Positions 1-8,891 of a DNA stretch of 64,000 bases are shown one piece after another. The stretch's first letter is position 1. The number at the start of each line of letters is the position of its first letter. The notes below the pieces were generated by a model, which was not told the DNA's origin, did not search any database, and was given only the letters and a program-made list of their open reading frames with translations. The stretch comes from a phage. Location of the stretch: the NCBI GenBank assembly GCA_017686895.1, contig GCA_017686895.1_4521.1; one strand, written 5' to 3'. A program made the position numbers and the translations under genes.

Positions 1-1
1 T

Positions 2-322
2 AAAGACCCTGATTGTCGTTTGATACGCAGACCATTTGATTCAGCAGCTCAAGCATGGGCTTGGATTAAATCTAAATCGCCTGGTTATATGTTCTTTGAA
101 GTAGTCGATGACAATGGTATACTGCATCCAGAACCTACAGAAACTATTAATTTCCTTCTGTTTGCTGGTTATGACTGTTATCCTCTTGGTGGTATTGATG
201 ATCTTGTTGCTACAGGAAAAACTGTTGAAGCTCTTCGCGAAATTTATAAAAACGCAGAAGAAAATTTTGACTGGTACCATATTGTTGATGCTCATACCTT
301 TGAAGTGGTGGAACATTCATGA
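2..322 (+). CDS. hypothetical protein, probably 5'-truncated by window edge
   Basis: Track ORF 20..322 begins with TTG; frame stays open to position 2, so the real start is probably upstream of the window. Confidence 0.4.
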   Translation, partial: KDPDCRLIRRPFDSAAQAWAWIKSKSPGYMFFEVVDDNGILHPEPTETINFLLFAGYDCYPLGGIDDLVATGKTVEALREIYKNAEENFDWYHIVDAHTFEVVEHS

Positions 323-609
323 TTCTTTATGCTAAGGTAAAATCCGTTGAGAATGGATATGAAAGCGACCAACGTGCAGCTAAAGCACTAGTCGATGACT
401 ACGGTATTCTGACTAACTTTGAGGTTGAAAAGGTTTATATCGACCGTTCATCTTCACAGGTTAAATTACTCTGTGAAGACAATAAATTTAACACAGTTAA
501 TTTTGATTTCTTTATTGAAACTGAATCAGGCCCTCTTGAATACGATATTTTCAAGAACACTTTGAAATTACGTTGCATTGAATATAATTACATTAATATG
601 GTACGGTGA
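319..609 (+). CDS. hypothetical protein
   Basis: ORF with ATG overlapping upstream stop (ATGA coupling); no recognisable motif. Confidence 0.45.
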   Translation: MILYAKVKSVENGYESDQRAAKALVDDYGILTNFEVEKVYIDRSSSQVKLLCEDNKFNTVNFDFFIETESGPLEYDIFKNTLKLRCIEYNYINMVR

Positions 610-613
610 GTAA

Positions 614-1129
614 ATGAATATTTGTTTAGGCAGTACAATCCCTAAAGGTTACGTAATTGATGTCACTACTTCGGAAAATGACGGCGACAACTATAAAACC
701 AAAACATTATTTGGTGTAGAAGAGCATGAGCTCCAACAGTTTAAATATCTCTTGAAGAAATTTAAGAGTCGTCATTCTAGCACTAAAGCTGAACGTTACT
801 GTGGTAATACACCATTCAGTGATTGCTCGCTTATTATCTACGAATATCTGGTTGAAGGACTGTTCTCAGACCATCTTTATCCAGAATTCATTAAAAAGGT
901 CTTTGATATTGAAGTTGACCTCGGTAATAAATCTGAAGAAGACGAATCACGTGTATTTGACCTGTTCCGTGAGAATGGATATTTAGTATCAGAAGGTCTC
1001 ATTGATATTCTTGGCCATGCTTCCGAATATTATGATTATGATTTCTTGCGTGTAGTTGAATGTGTTGAATTTGCTTATATTGAAGAAGAAATCGTTTTGC
1101 CGACTGTTAAAATGATTGATTTGCTTTAA
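614..1129 (+). CDS. hypothetical protein
   Basis: 171-aa ORF, ATG start 4 nt after upstream stop; acidic C-terminal half; no motif recognised. Confidence 0.5.
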   Translation: MNICLGSTIPKGYVIDVTTSENDGDNYKTKTLFGVEEHELQQFKYLLKKFKSRHSSTKAERYCGNTPFSDCSLIIYEYLVEGLFSDHLYPEFIKKVFDIEVDLGNKSEEDESRVFDLFRENGYLVSEGLIDILGHASEYYDYDFLRVVECVEFAYIEEEIVLPTVKMIDLL

Positions 1130-1208
1130 GAATTATGTGTTATTATTAATTCATACCCTCTATTACCAAAGGTGCTCTAAAGTGCCTTTCATAATAGAAA
1201 GTTATTTA

Positions 1209-1282
1209 GGCCCTGTAGCTCAATGGTTAGCAGCAGTCCCCTCATAAGGGAAAGGTTACCAGTTCGAATCTGGTCCGGGTCA
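1209..1282 (+). tRNA. tRNA with CAU anticodon (Met or lysidine-type Ile)
   Basis: Hand-folded cloverleaf: acceptor GGCCCTG/CCGGGTC (one mismatch), anticodon loop CTCATAA, T-arm ACCAG-TTCGAAT-CTGGT; T4 also has a CAU tRNA next to tRNA-Arg. Confidence 0.7.
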
Positions 1283-1288
1283 TATATT

Positions 1289-1365
<77 letters not shown>

Positions 1366-1383
1366 ATTATAAGTGAGGAAAAT

Positions 1384-1728
1384 ATGAAAGGCAATATTTA
1401 TTTGGTAGTTCATGATTTAACGTTTTATTTTAATGAATATGATACAGTTATTTCTCATCGATTGATTAATTCACTTTATCAGCATGCCGATTACATCTAT
1501 GTTCAAAATGAATTCGGACATTGGAAGTTCATTAAAAACCGTTCAGGGTTAACTAGTTTTGAATACTTTGATCGTAAAGACCTTTTAAACGAAATCCCAT
1601 TGCAACATCGGTTTCAGAAACGTGAATCATTATATTATTGCCGTCATATACCAAACGCCGAATGTGTTAATGAAGCGATTAATCTATGGCGTCGGCGTCG
1701 AGAGCAAATTGATGATATGCCAAAATAA
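1384..1728 (+). CDS. hypothetical protein
   Basis: Track ORF 1336..1728 starts at TTG inside the tRNA; internal ATG at 1384 follows RBS GTGAGGAA. Confidence 0.5.
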   Translation: MKGNIYLVVHDLTFYFNEYDTVISHRLINSLYQHADYIYVQNEFGHWKFIKNRSGLTSFEYFDRKDLLNEIPLQHRFQKRESLYYCRHIPNAECVNEAINLWRRRREQIDDMPK

Positions 1729-2039
1729 GAAGCCGGGTCGCTACCGGTAAGTCGTCGGACTGATGTTCCCTGAGTAAGGACTGGTCTTAATAAATCTTTA
1801 TGATTCGTTAATATCCCCTTACATCACAGCAGAAACGGCGCACAGAATTATCGATTCGAGGAAATATCTTTGCCGTAAGCCGAGTAGCGTTTTTGACGGA
1901 ACGTTCGGATATGGTCGAGATATGGCCTTTTAAAAATATTGAGTAGCGTCAACTGCTTAATAACCGGGTTCGAATCCCGGCGTTTCGTACAAACACTTGC
2001 CTTAGCAGGTGGAACCCCGACAAGGTTACCGCAAGGCTT

Positions 2040-2068
2040 AGCCCCTTCCGAAAGGTTGGGGCTTTTTT
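2040..2068 (+). terminator. intrinsic terminator (GC hairpin + T6)
   Basis: AGCCCCTTCC-GAAA-GGTTGGGGCT followed by TTTTTT. Confidence 0.6.
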
Positions 2069-2112
2069 GCATAATAATAAATAGATAAGTTAATTAACTT
2101 AGGAAAAGTAAC

Positions 2113-2577
2113 ATGAAATCATATGCAGAATTTTTGACTGAACAATCTAGTTCAGATGTAAAAGCCGCTGCGATTGCAGCAATTCAAGCAGGTAAATATT
2201 CTTACAAAGACGCCTCTGATGAAGAACGTTTCCGTTTTATTAGAGATTTTAAAGCCGAAGGTTTTACTAATGCTAATACTGTTAGCCGAGTTTTTAAAAG
2301 CCTAGCTGCATCAGGTGAATTGTTCCAGAAAGCTACAGGTAAAGCACCAGCACCAAAAGCGGGCCCTAAAGCAGCTCAAGAAAAAAATATCGCCAAAGGA
2401 ATTATTTCTAAGTATGAAGCAATTCTTAAAGAACTTTTGGTAATCAAAACTGAAGGCCAGAAACTGGCACGAGCACATAGCTTCAAAGATAATCCTCACG
2501 CTCATAGCCTTGAGTATGTTGAAGATATCCAAAAACTTATTAAAGATCGCATTTGGTCTGCTAAACAAATCAAATAA
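2113..2577 (+). CDS. internal head protein (IP-like) with capsid-targeting leader
   Basis: N-terminus MKSYAEFLTE matches the T4 IPII/IPIII leader MKTYQEF..E cleaved by the prohead protease; own RBS and downstream terminator. Confidence 0.65.
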   Translation: MKSYAEFLTEQSSSDVKAAAIAAIQAGKYSYKDASDEERFRFIRDFKAEGFTNANTVSRVFKSLAASGELFQKATGKAPAPKAGPKAAQEKNIAKGIISKYEAILKELLVIKTEGQKLARAHSFKDNPHAHSLEYVEDIQKLIKDRIWSAKQIK

Positions 2578-2584
2578 CATTCTT

Positions 2585-2612
2585 AGCCCTAGCCAAAAGG
2601 TTGGGGCTTTTT
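2585..2612 (+). terminator. intrinsic terminator
   Basis: AGCCCTAGCC-AAAA-GGTTGGGGCT then TTTTT. Confidence 0.55.
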
Positions 2613-2702
2613 AGTTTGAATCTCTCAGAGAATGCTGTTACTGATAATACCAAAGTAATAAATAATTAATAACCAACCGATAAATTATTTCAAGGATTTT
2701 AA

Positions 2703-3266
2703 ATGAAAACCTACGCCGAATTTTTAACCGAAGCAGCAAAATTACCATCTGAAGCAGATCTTACTAAAGTATTCTTCCACTTGGATCCAAAAGACCGCGG
2801 CGATTTTCTTAAGTGGAAAGCTAAAGCTATTGAAATGTATAACATCGATACTAGTTCTTTTACGATGAGTCAAGAAAATAGTTTCAATAAAGCATTTTTC
2901 AAAATTTCTAAGAAACTGGCATCTGGCACACCGGTTCCTAAATCCGCCTTAGCTACTCCTGAACGTGCACCTGTTAAAATTTCTAAGAATATGTTTGACA
3001 CTAAAAAATACGTCAATGCTTTGAATAAAGCTCTTGATGCATTGGATGATGCAAAGAAGGCAGCCCGTGATCTTCAAGACGTGTACACTGATTTTGATCG
3101 TAAAACTAAAGGTTCTATTTCAAATAGCGAACGCAATAGTGTAAGTGTTTATTCTGATAGCCTTGATGTTCTTGGCGATGCGTATACTGAAATTAAAAAT
3201 CGTATTAACACTGCATCTAAGCTAAAAGCTGCTGCCGAAGCTATAATAACTAAACTAGGTAAATAA
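2703..3266 (+). CDS. internal head protein (IP-like) with capsid-targeting leader
   Basis: N-terminus MKTYAEFLTE; 187 aa; followed by terminator. Confidence 0.65.
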   Translation: MKTYAEFLTEAAKLPSEADLTKVFFHLDPKDRGDFLKWKAKAIEMYNIDTSSFTMSQENSFNKAFFKISKKLASGTPVPKSALATPERAPVKISKNMFDTKKYVNALNKALDALDDAKKAARDLQDVYTDFDRKTKGSISNSERNSVSVYSDSLDVLGDAYTEIKNRINTASKLKAAAEAIITKLGK

Positions 3267-3272
3267 TTTTAA

Positions 3273-3299
3273 AGCCCTATCTAAATGATAGGGCTTTTT
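3273..3299 (+). terminator. intrinsic terminator
   Basis: AGCCCTATC-TAAAT-GATAGGGCT then TTTTT. Confidence 0.6.
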
Positions 3300-3431
3300 G
3301 GTATCTAGGCCTTTCCCGGCCTCTCTAGGCATCATTTAGTTTCTGCCCTTTATAATATATTATCATATCCTTTGATTTCCCCTCCCTGCCCTAGAATTCC
3401 ACAAAACTTTTTAATTTTTTTTCACAAAACT

Positions 3432-3461
3432 GTTTACATCCCTGTTCTTCCGTGGTACTAT
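3432..3461 (+). promoter_or_regulatory. sigma70-type early promoter (approximate coordinates)
   Basis: GTTTAC -35, about 18 bp spacer, TGnTACTAT extended -10. Confidence 0.5.
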
Positions 3462-3503
3462 AAAACTATCAACTACCGATACAGAAAAACCTTGGAGAAT
3501 GAA

Positions 3504-3767
3504 ATGGATAATTACGGTGAACTGTTCAACTTCTTTATGAAATGCGTTCCAGACGATTTCGGACGTACGGTGAATGATATTAAAGTTATTGGACCTGACC
3601 ATCCGATGTTTGAAACTTACGCAGTAATGGGTAATGAAGACGGACAATGGTATACTGTAAAGGTTGTGATTAATATGTTCGCAGCAGAAGGTTATGTTAA
3701 ACTGTCTTCTAAAGTTTACCATGATAATGTCGAAATCGCTGAAGAATATTTCGATAATATGAAATAA
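3504..3767 (+). CDS. hypothetical protein
   Basis: Track ORF 3372..3767; internal ATG at 3504 preceded by GGAGA RBS. Confidence 0.45.
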   Translation: MDNYGELFNFFMKCVPDDFGRTVNDIKVIGPDHPMFETYAVMGNEDGQWYTVKVVINMFAAEGYVKLSSKVYHDNVEIAEEYFDNMK

Positions 3768-3824
3768 ATGCGTACATGGGCTTATGATTGAGATATTATG
3801 AGCCCTATTAATGAGGAGAATATT

Positions 3825-4130
3825 ATGAGTCTTTATACTGAACTGAATAAAAAATCTGAAGAATCTGCTGAAACCATTTTTAAAAACGTGCAAAAGCGTA
3901 TTTTAGAAAAGATGTATAACGCTGCATCTAAAGGTGAAAAATCTTGCCAGTTTCCGATGAGGTGTTCTTCAGATTTATGCGCAAATACTGTTGAATGGCT
4001 GGAAAGTGAAGGTCTTACGGTAGAGAAAAACCCGGCGTCTTCTATTGATGGCGAATCATATATTAGTATTTCTTGGGATAAACCACGTATGAATGAAGGA
4101 CACTACAAGTTGTTAAGTTGGAAAAATTAA
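3825..4130 (+). CDS. hypothetical protein
   Basis: ATG at 3825 preceded by GAGGAG RBS within track ORF 3798..4130. Confidence 0.45.
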   Translation: MSLYTELNKKSEESAETIFKNVQKRILEKMYNAASKGEKSCQFPMRCSSDLCANTVEWLESEGLTVEKNPASSIDGESYISISWDKPRMNEGHYKLLSWKN

Positions 4131-4198
4131 AAATAATGATGTACAAACACCAATGATGGTGATACTATAGGACTTATCAACTACAGAGGAGAAACAAA

Positions 4199-4426
4199 AT
4201 GGCTAAAGTTAGTATTGATGTCGTTGATTATGAATACACCGAAGAAGTTATTCGCAACCGACACCCTGAAGTTCGTATCGATTCAGCCCAAGATTCCAAG
4301 TTTTGGACAACTGAGCTTAATCTGAGTGGTCCTTATGAAGCTGTTAAGAAGTTCATGGTTGAAGAATACTGCGAAGGCATGCACCCAGAAGACGCCGAGT
4401 TTTATGTCAATTTGATTAAAAAATAA
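4199..4426 (+). CDS. hypothetical protein
   Basis: 75-aa ORF with AGAGGAGAA RBS. Confidence 0.5.
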   Translation: MAKVSIDVVDYEYTEEVIRNRHPEVRIDSAQDSKFWTTELNLSGPYEAVKKFMVEEYCEGMHPEDAEFYVNLIKK

Positions 4427-4474
4427 TTTACAAACTCTTGAGAGCAGAGTATAATGCTCTCGTTGGATAATAAA
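4427..4474 (+). repeat. promoter cassette copy 1 (approximate coordinates)
   Basis: ACAAACTCTTGAGAGCAGAGTATAATGCTCTCGTTGGATAATAAA; near-identical copy at about 33837..33882; palindrome GAGAGCA/TGCTCTC flanks the TATAAT. Confidence 0.6.
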
Positions 4475-4496
4475 CCACCAATTGAAAGGTAATAAT

Positions 4497-5090
4497 ATGA
4501 ACACACTGAAGAAACTTGTTGAATTCATCCGCACTAAACTGGGTACTGCTATGGCTAAAAATCTGACTGTCGAAGAACAGTATAACGCAGCCGCAGATAA
4601 GTTGATTACCCAAATCAAAGAACTAAAAACGGCTTCTGTTAAATCTATTAATGAAGAAAAACGTATTCGCGAACTTGTTAATGAAAAGAACAAGCAAGCC
4701 GCTTCTAAGGAACGTGAAATTCGTAAGCTCCTGGCTGAAGGACAAGATGTTACCATGCATGCTAAGCTTGGTCTTCTGTATCGTCGAACTGCCGAACAAC
4801 TTAATACAAAAGCTGACGGTTATGCCGCTATGCGAATTGAAATTGCTCGTAAGGTGGTTGAACTTGATGATGCTCGTCAGAATCTGGCAATCAAACTCGA
4901 ATACATTCGTGAAACTCGAGCAGCCAATGCCCTTGGTATCTCTACGGCTGATGATGTGATTGAAATTGCTGCACTGACTAAGGTTGATATCGAAGACACT
5001 CTGACTCGTGTTGAAACGTTCAATGGCACTCCAGCCGGTGTCGAAACCACTTCTGCTGATGTACAAGAATATATTAACTCTTTGAAATAA
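4497..5090 (+). CDS. hypothetical coiled-coil protein
   Basis: ATG at 4497 within track ORF 4482..5090; heptad-rich, charged sequence. Confidence 0.5.
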   Translation: MNTLKKLVEFIRTKLGTAMAKNLTVEEQYNAAADKLITQIKELKTASVKSINEEKRIRELVNEKNKQAASKEREIRKLLAEGQDVTMHAKLGLLYRRTAEQLNTKADGYAAMRIEIARKVVELDDARQNLAIKLEYIRETRAANALGISTADDVIEIAALTKVDIEDTLTRVETFNGTPAGVETTSADVQEYINSLK

Positions 5091-5098
5091 AATAATAC

Positions 5099-5120
5099 GG
5101 AGGACTCCGGTCCTCCTTTT
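5099..5120 (+). terminator. intrinsic terminator
   Basis: GGAGGAC-TCCG-GTCCTCC then TTTT. Confidence 0.65.
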
Positions 5121-5139
5121 GGATAATAAAGGAGTTAAC

Positions 5140-5736
5140 ATGCGAAACCAAAATAATGATATTGACTCAATGTTCGAAGAGTTCCGAGATAAGGTAAATC
5201 CACCTACGTCTTTAGTTGATTCATTACGATATGTTGCAACCGGACGTAAATGGTACTGGTCATCTTCTTATGAGACAACTGAATATGCAAATAACCGAAA
5301 ATCTTTATTAGCCCCAGGTATCATGATTAATGATATCGGAGCTATTGCTAAACTAGTTGCAGACCATGATATTAGATTCACTGATTTCGTTGCTCCTACG
5401 TGGTCTGTTTGTTGTTTAAACACTGAATGGGAATATATCAGCGAACGCTCTGAAGATTATTATGGTTTTAGAGATAAGCTTCTGAGGTCTAATATGTTTT
5501 ATATCGATACAGAAGTTCTAGTCGATAATAAAAAATACTACTTTACGTTAATCGTCGATTCTGAAACTATGTATGAAGGCAAGCCTTTGCTTAAGAGAGT
5601 TGATGCTTTAAGTGCTATTGATGCGCTTTATGAAACTATGGTTGTTAGTCCTAATTTCACTAACAATTTAATCCTTGAGCAATTTATTATGGAATGTAGA
5701 GAATATGTCAAAGCCAACCCTATACATGCCAAGTAA
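5140..5736 (+). CDS. hypothetical protein with EQFIMECRE motif near C-terminus
   Basis: ATG at 5140 after AAAGGAG RBS; C-terminal region carries the ExF(I/V)xECR tail shared with four downstream genes. Confidence 0.5.
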   Translation: MRNQNNDIDSMFEEFRDKVNPPTSLVDSLRYVATGRKWYWSSSYETTEYANNRKSLLAPGIMINDIGAIAKLVADHDIRFTDFVAPTWSVCCLNTEWEYISERSEDYYGFRDKLLRSNMFYIDTEVLVDNKKYYFTLIVDSETMYEGKPLLKRVDALSAIDALYETMVVSPNFTNNLILEQFIMECREYVKANPIHAK

Positions 5737-6100
5737 GCCCTGGGCGTATGAATACAAGCGTAAATTAATCCCAAATGAAGTACTATTTGGCCCTATTTTA
5801 GCTTTAGCATTTTTAATCTTTATGATTATAGGAGCCGTTTTAGATTCTAGTGAAGTTATATCGTCTGATGCAGCATTTTCATTAATGTTCGTCGCACCAC
5901 TTATTGTACCGTTTTTATTAATGCCTATTAACTGGATGGGATATTGGTACCAAGGACGTCATCACAGGGCCCGATTAAGAGAATGGAAAGTTCAGTGCGC
6001 AAAAGCCCAAGCTCAGTATGATGAAGCTGTTAAAAAGTATGAATATGAAGAAGCTATGGAATTCGTTAAGGAAATAAGATGCAAAAGCCTTAACTCTTAA
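5705..6100 (+). CDS. small membrane protein with EFVKEIRCK tail
   Basis: Two predicted TM helices (LFGPILALAFLIFMIIGAVL, FSLMFVAPLIVPFLLMPINW); start chosen at ATG 5705 (track start 5675 is TTG). Confidence 0.4.
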   Translation: MSKPTLYMPSKPWAYEYKRKLIPNEVLFGPILALAFLIFMIIGAVLDSSEVISSDAAFSLMFVAPLIVPFLLMPINWMGYWYQGRHHRARLREWKVQCAKAQAQYDEAVKKYEYEEAMEFVKEIRCKSLNS

Positions 6101-6141
6101 CCGTATGGCCTTCTCTTGGTGAGAACATTCTAATTTTTATT

Positions 6142-6438
6142 ATGAGTATTGGCATGGGATTTGCCTTTGGATTAGTTGGATTTATTATTGACGGCGTTGT
6201 GTTAGGATTTATAGGGAACACTGGTGGATTCACAGATCAATGGCAGGACTTACGGTATACCCAAGCCTTTGCATCCATCGCATCATTTTGTACTGTAGTC
6301 TATTTTTACTACAATTTTATAAACCATAACAAGAAAAATAAAAAAGTTTACGCTTCTCAAATGATTAGTTATAATGAACTCCTAGCTAGACGTGAAAATG
6401 AAACAATCGAAAACTTTATTAAGGAATGTAGAAAATGA
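6142..6438 (+). CDS. small membrane protein with ENFIKECRK tail
   Basis: Hydrophobic N-terminal half; ends ENFIKECRK. Confidence 0.5.
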   Translation: MSIGMGFAFGLVGFIIDGVVLGFIGNTGGFTDQWQDLRYTQAFASIASFCTVVYFYYNFINHNKKNKKVYASQMISYNELLARRENETIENFIKECRK

Positions 6439-6740
6439 GTAAGATTATTGAAATTAAAGTACCAGAGTTTAATGATGCCAAATCCGCTTCAGATGCAATT
6501 TATAAACTTCTGAATCAAGCTGAACGTATCGAAGAAGAAGCTACAAAGATTGCAGACCAATATGCAGTATCGTTTTCTGTAGGTGATTATGGTAGCGGTC
6601 GTACTTATTATCCTAAGGGTGAAATCGTATCCCAGTGGATGAAAGATGAAATTGAAAATAATGGCGGCGATGTTAAGCGTGAAGGTAATGGATACGTTAT
6701 TACTGAAGGTGCTTGGGTTTCATCTTCTGCGTTGTGCTAA
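6435..6740 (+). CDS. small protein, WVSSS-C tail family member 1
   Basis: Ends GAWVSSSALC; ATGA overlap with upstream gene. Confidence 0.5.
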   Translation: MSKIIEIKVPEFNDAKSASDAIYKLLNQAERIEEEATKIADQYAVSFSVGDYGSGRTYYPKGEIVSQWMKDEIENNGGDVKREGNGYVITEGAWVSSSALC

Positions 6741-6749
6741 GGAATCATT

Positions 6750-7022
6750 ATGTCTAAAGAACAAACCGAACTGGCTGAAGCTGTAGCAAAAATCTATGCA
6801 GTTATTGAGGCTGCCAAAGAAATTGCTGATAAACAAAACACAACATTCGACTTGTATCCAGCTTATGGTATGGGTGGAACGTATTATTCTCCTGGATTCT
6901 TGAAAAAAGAACTTGAGCATTATACCGAACAAGGCAATCCGAATTGGGCCACTGTCAACCAACACTCATATTACACCAGCCTCGAATCAGGTGGTTGGGT
7001 TGCATCTTCTATGGAATGCTAA
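6750..7022 (+). CDS. small protein, WVSSS-C tail family member 2
   Basis: Ends GGWVASSMEC; preceded by TAAGGAATCATTATG junction. Confidence 0.5.
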   Translation: MSKEQTELAEAVAKIYAVIEAAKEIADKQNTTFDLYPAYGMGGTYYSPGFLKKELEHYTEQGNPNWATVNQHSYYTSLESGGWVASSMEC

Positions 7023-7031
7023 GGAAATCAT

Positions 7032-7229
7032 ATGTCTCGTGAATTAGATTGTGCTGTACGTACGGCAGTAGCTGCTCTGGAAAACCTGTTCCAAATTGCA
7101 ACAGAAGAACGCGAAGAAGTTACATTATGGATTGAAGATAACGCAGGTCTGAATCTCCAGGACGCGATCTCATTATCCCACAATAGTATCACTGTTCAAG
7201 GCTGGGTATCATCTAGTTATTCTTGCTAA
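7032..7229 (+). CDS. small protein, WVSSS-C tail family member 3
   Basis: Ends QGWVSSSYSC; preceded by TAAGGAAATCATATG junction. Confidence 0.5.
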   Translation: MSRELDCAVRTAVAALENLFQIATEEREEVTLWIEDNAGLNLQDAISLSHNSITVQGWVSSSYSC

Positions 7230-7233
7230 AACA

Positions 7234-7263
7234 GTTTACAACAAGATAGGGCTATGTTATAGT
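7234..7263 (+). promoter_or_regulatory. early promoter inside a palindrome (approximate coordinates)
   Basis: GTTTAC, 18 bp spacer, TGTTATAGT; -10 flanked by ATAGGGCTA / TAGTCCTAT inverted repeat. Confidence 0.55.
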
Positions 7264-7291
7264 AGTCCTATCAAATTAAATGGAGACAACA

Positions 7292-7532
7292 ATGGTTTAT
7301 TACGAAAGTATCGGAACCGAAGTAGTTGCTAAAACTATTACTCGTGAAAAGTTTGCAAAGATATTCGATATGCGTTATAAAAAAATCTGAACACAAAGGC
7401 ATCCGATTCGAAGATGCGCACTGTACAATTTGCCCTTATAATGAAGACATAAACGGCACAATCGTTCCATTGGTAGAGGCTTCACATGACGACCTCTGGG
7501 ATGAATATAATATCGCATGTCGCGAAATTTAA
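7292..7532 (+). pseudogene. small Cys/His-containing protein gene interrupted by a frameshift at an A7 tract
   Basis: ATG 7292 with good RBS reads 31 codons into A7 run (7379..7385) then stops at 7388..7390; the +1 frame continues as track ORF 7326..7532 (SEHKGIRFEDAHCTICPYNEDINGT...). Confidence 0.4.
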
Positions 7533-7557
7533 GTAATCTAAATTCGAGGAAAATATT

Positions 7558-8514
7558 ATGATGTTAGTTATTGGTTCTCGTGCACTTCACTATCACGGTC
7601 TTATTGATTCTAGCGCTATCAAAAATAGTGATTGGGACTTTATTGCGGACCAATGTTCTTGGAATGCATTCAAAAATCAAATGATGGGTGTATATGTTCA
7701 CCAAGATAACCCTGGTGTCCAAGTTTTCAAATGTTTCCATAATGGACGCGAAACTCATTTTGAAGCATACATCGTTCCGGCTATCACTAACGTTCGCGAA
7801 CTAGTCGGTGAACTCACTCCTGAAGATTTCACGTCTTCTTATGACCTTTTAAAATACGCCAAGAAAAATTTGACTAAAGACCGTTTGAACGGGTTTTACT
7901 GGGCAACTCCTGAGATATGTCTTGCAATTAAGATGTCTCATCGTTTCAAGAAAAATAATCCATTCTTTTTAAAGACTATGAACCATATTCAGTATCTTCG
8001 TGGTAAAGGTGTTACACTGGACGATGAACTTACTGAAATTATGCTGAAACGCCAGAAAGAAACCTTGAACTATGCTCACCCAGTTCTTGACACTTCTAAA
8101 AGCGCATTCTTTAAAGATGACATCTATACGTATGACCATGATACTATTCACGAAGCCATTGCACTAACAGACCGTCCAGCGTATACATTTTATATGAAAG
8201 ATGGTTCTGAAGTCATGACCTCACGCGAGAAGTTCGAATCATTACCAGAAATGGTCAAATTAGCCGGCGTATACGAAGAATCATGTGTACTAGCGTTAGA
8301 ACGTTCTCAGATTCCTAATAACTTTGAAATCCATCCACGTGATAGTTTTATGATGGCATTAGAAAAAGTCTGTACTTCAATCACGTCAGGCTGGTTCCGT
8401 GAATACGCTTGGGAAAACTACAGCAAAGTTGTAAGTATGTACCAAAGCTTAGGACATGACGATTATGTAAAACGTTTTAAACAAAATTTCCATATGGTAA
8501 AACCTTTCAAATAA
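7558..8514 (+). CDS. hypothetical protein
   Basis: 318-aa ORF, ATG-ATG start after GAGGAAAA RBS; N-terminal IGSRALHYHG...DWDF weakly resembles a nucleotidyltransferase motif. Confidence 0.55.
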   Translation: MMLVIGSRALHYHGLIDSSAIKNSDWDFIADQCSWNAFKNQMMGVYVHQDNPGVQVFKCFHNGRETHFEAYIVPAITNVRELVGELTPEDFTSSYDLLKYAKKNLTKDRLNGFYWATPEICLAIKMSHRFKKNNPFFLKTMNHIQYLRGKGVTLDDELTEIMLKRQKETLNYAHPVLDTSKSAFFKDDIYTYDHDTIHEAIALTDRPAYTFYMKDGSEVMTSREKFESLPEMVKLAGVYEESCVLALERSQIPNNFEIHPRDSFMMALEKVCTSITSGWFREYAWENYSKVVSMYQSLGHDDYVKRFKQNFHMVKPFK

Positions 8515-8526
8515 TTTCGCAAAACT

Positions 8527-8556
8527 GTTTACACAATTATAGGACTATGTTATAGT
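8527..8556 (+). promoter_or_regulatory. early promoter inside a palindrome (approximate coordinates)
   Basis: GTTTAC, 18 bp, TGTTATAGT; flanked by ATAGGACTA / TAGTCCTAT. Confidence 0.55.
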
Positions 8557-8584
8557 AGTCCTATTAAAACATGAGGAGAATATT

Positions 8585-8890
8585 ATGAAATTAGGCGAAA
8601 CCAACCGAATTGGTCTTTTAACTATATTTGTATCACTTTTTTACGTAGCTCTTTCTGTTGCAGTATTACAAAAGGCTTACGATATGGATGGTGTTCCTGG
8701 TTTTGTATTCTTATCACCATTTTTATTATTCGTCGGGGCTTTGTTATTATATGCCACGACTAGTTTTGACCATAACGTCTGGGTTAATTATAAATGTAAA
8801 TTGTCTGAAGAAGAACACGCAGAAGCTCGTAAAAAAGCTATTGAATCTACCAATCTAGAAAATTTCATTAAAGAATGTCGAGGAAAATAA
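8585..8890 (+). CDS. small membrane protein with ENFIKECRGK tail
   Basis: Two hydrophobic segments; C-terminal LENFIKECRGK. Confidence 0.5.
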   Translation: MKLGETNRIGLLTIFVSLFYVALSVAVLQKAYDMDGVPGFVFLSPFLLFVGALLLYATTSFDHNVWVNYKCKLSEEEHAEARKKAIESTNLENFIKECRGK

Positions 8891-8891
8891 T

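Noticed and set aside
41-316. Minus-strand ORFs in the track that lie inside plus-strand genes (e.g. 41..316, 2311..2580, 3411..3893, 4283..4756, 8868..9347, 21216..21572, 37686..38174)
   Set aside because: Each overlaps a plus-strand gene with an RBS or recognisable homology; they are antisense reading frames of AT-rich coding sequence, and the genome is unidirectional here
1950-1995. A third tRNA around the GGTTCGAATCC motif
   Set aside because: A T-arm-like hairpin is present but I could not fold a matching acceptor stem or anticodon arm
1848-2072. Minus-strand ORF 1848..2072
   Set aside because: It spans the non-coding stretch and the terminator hairpin and has no RBS
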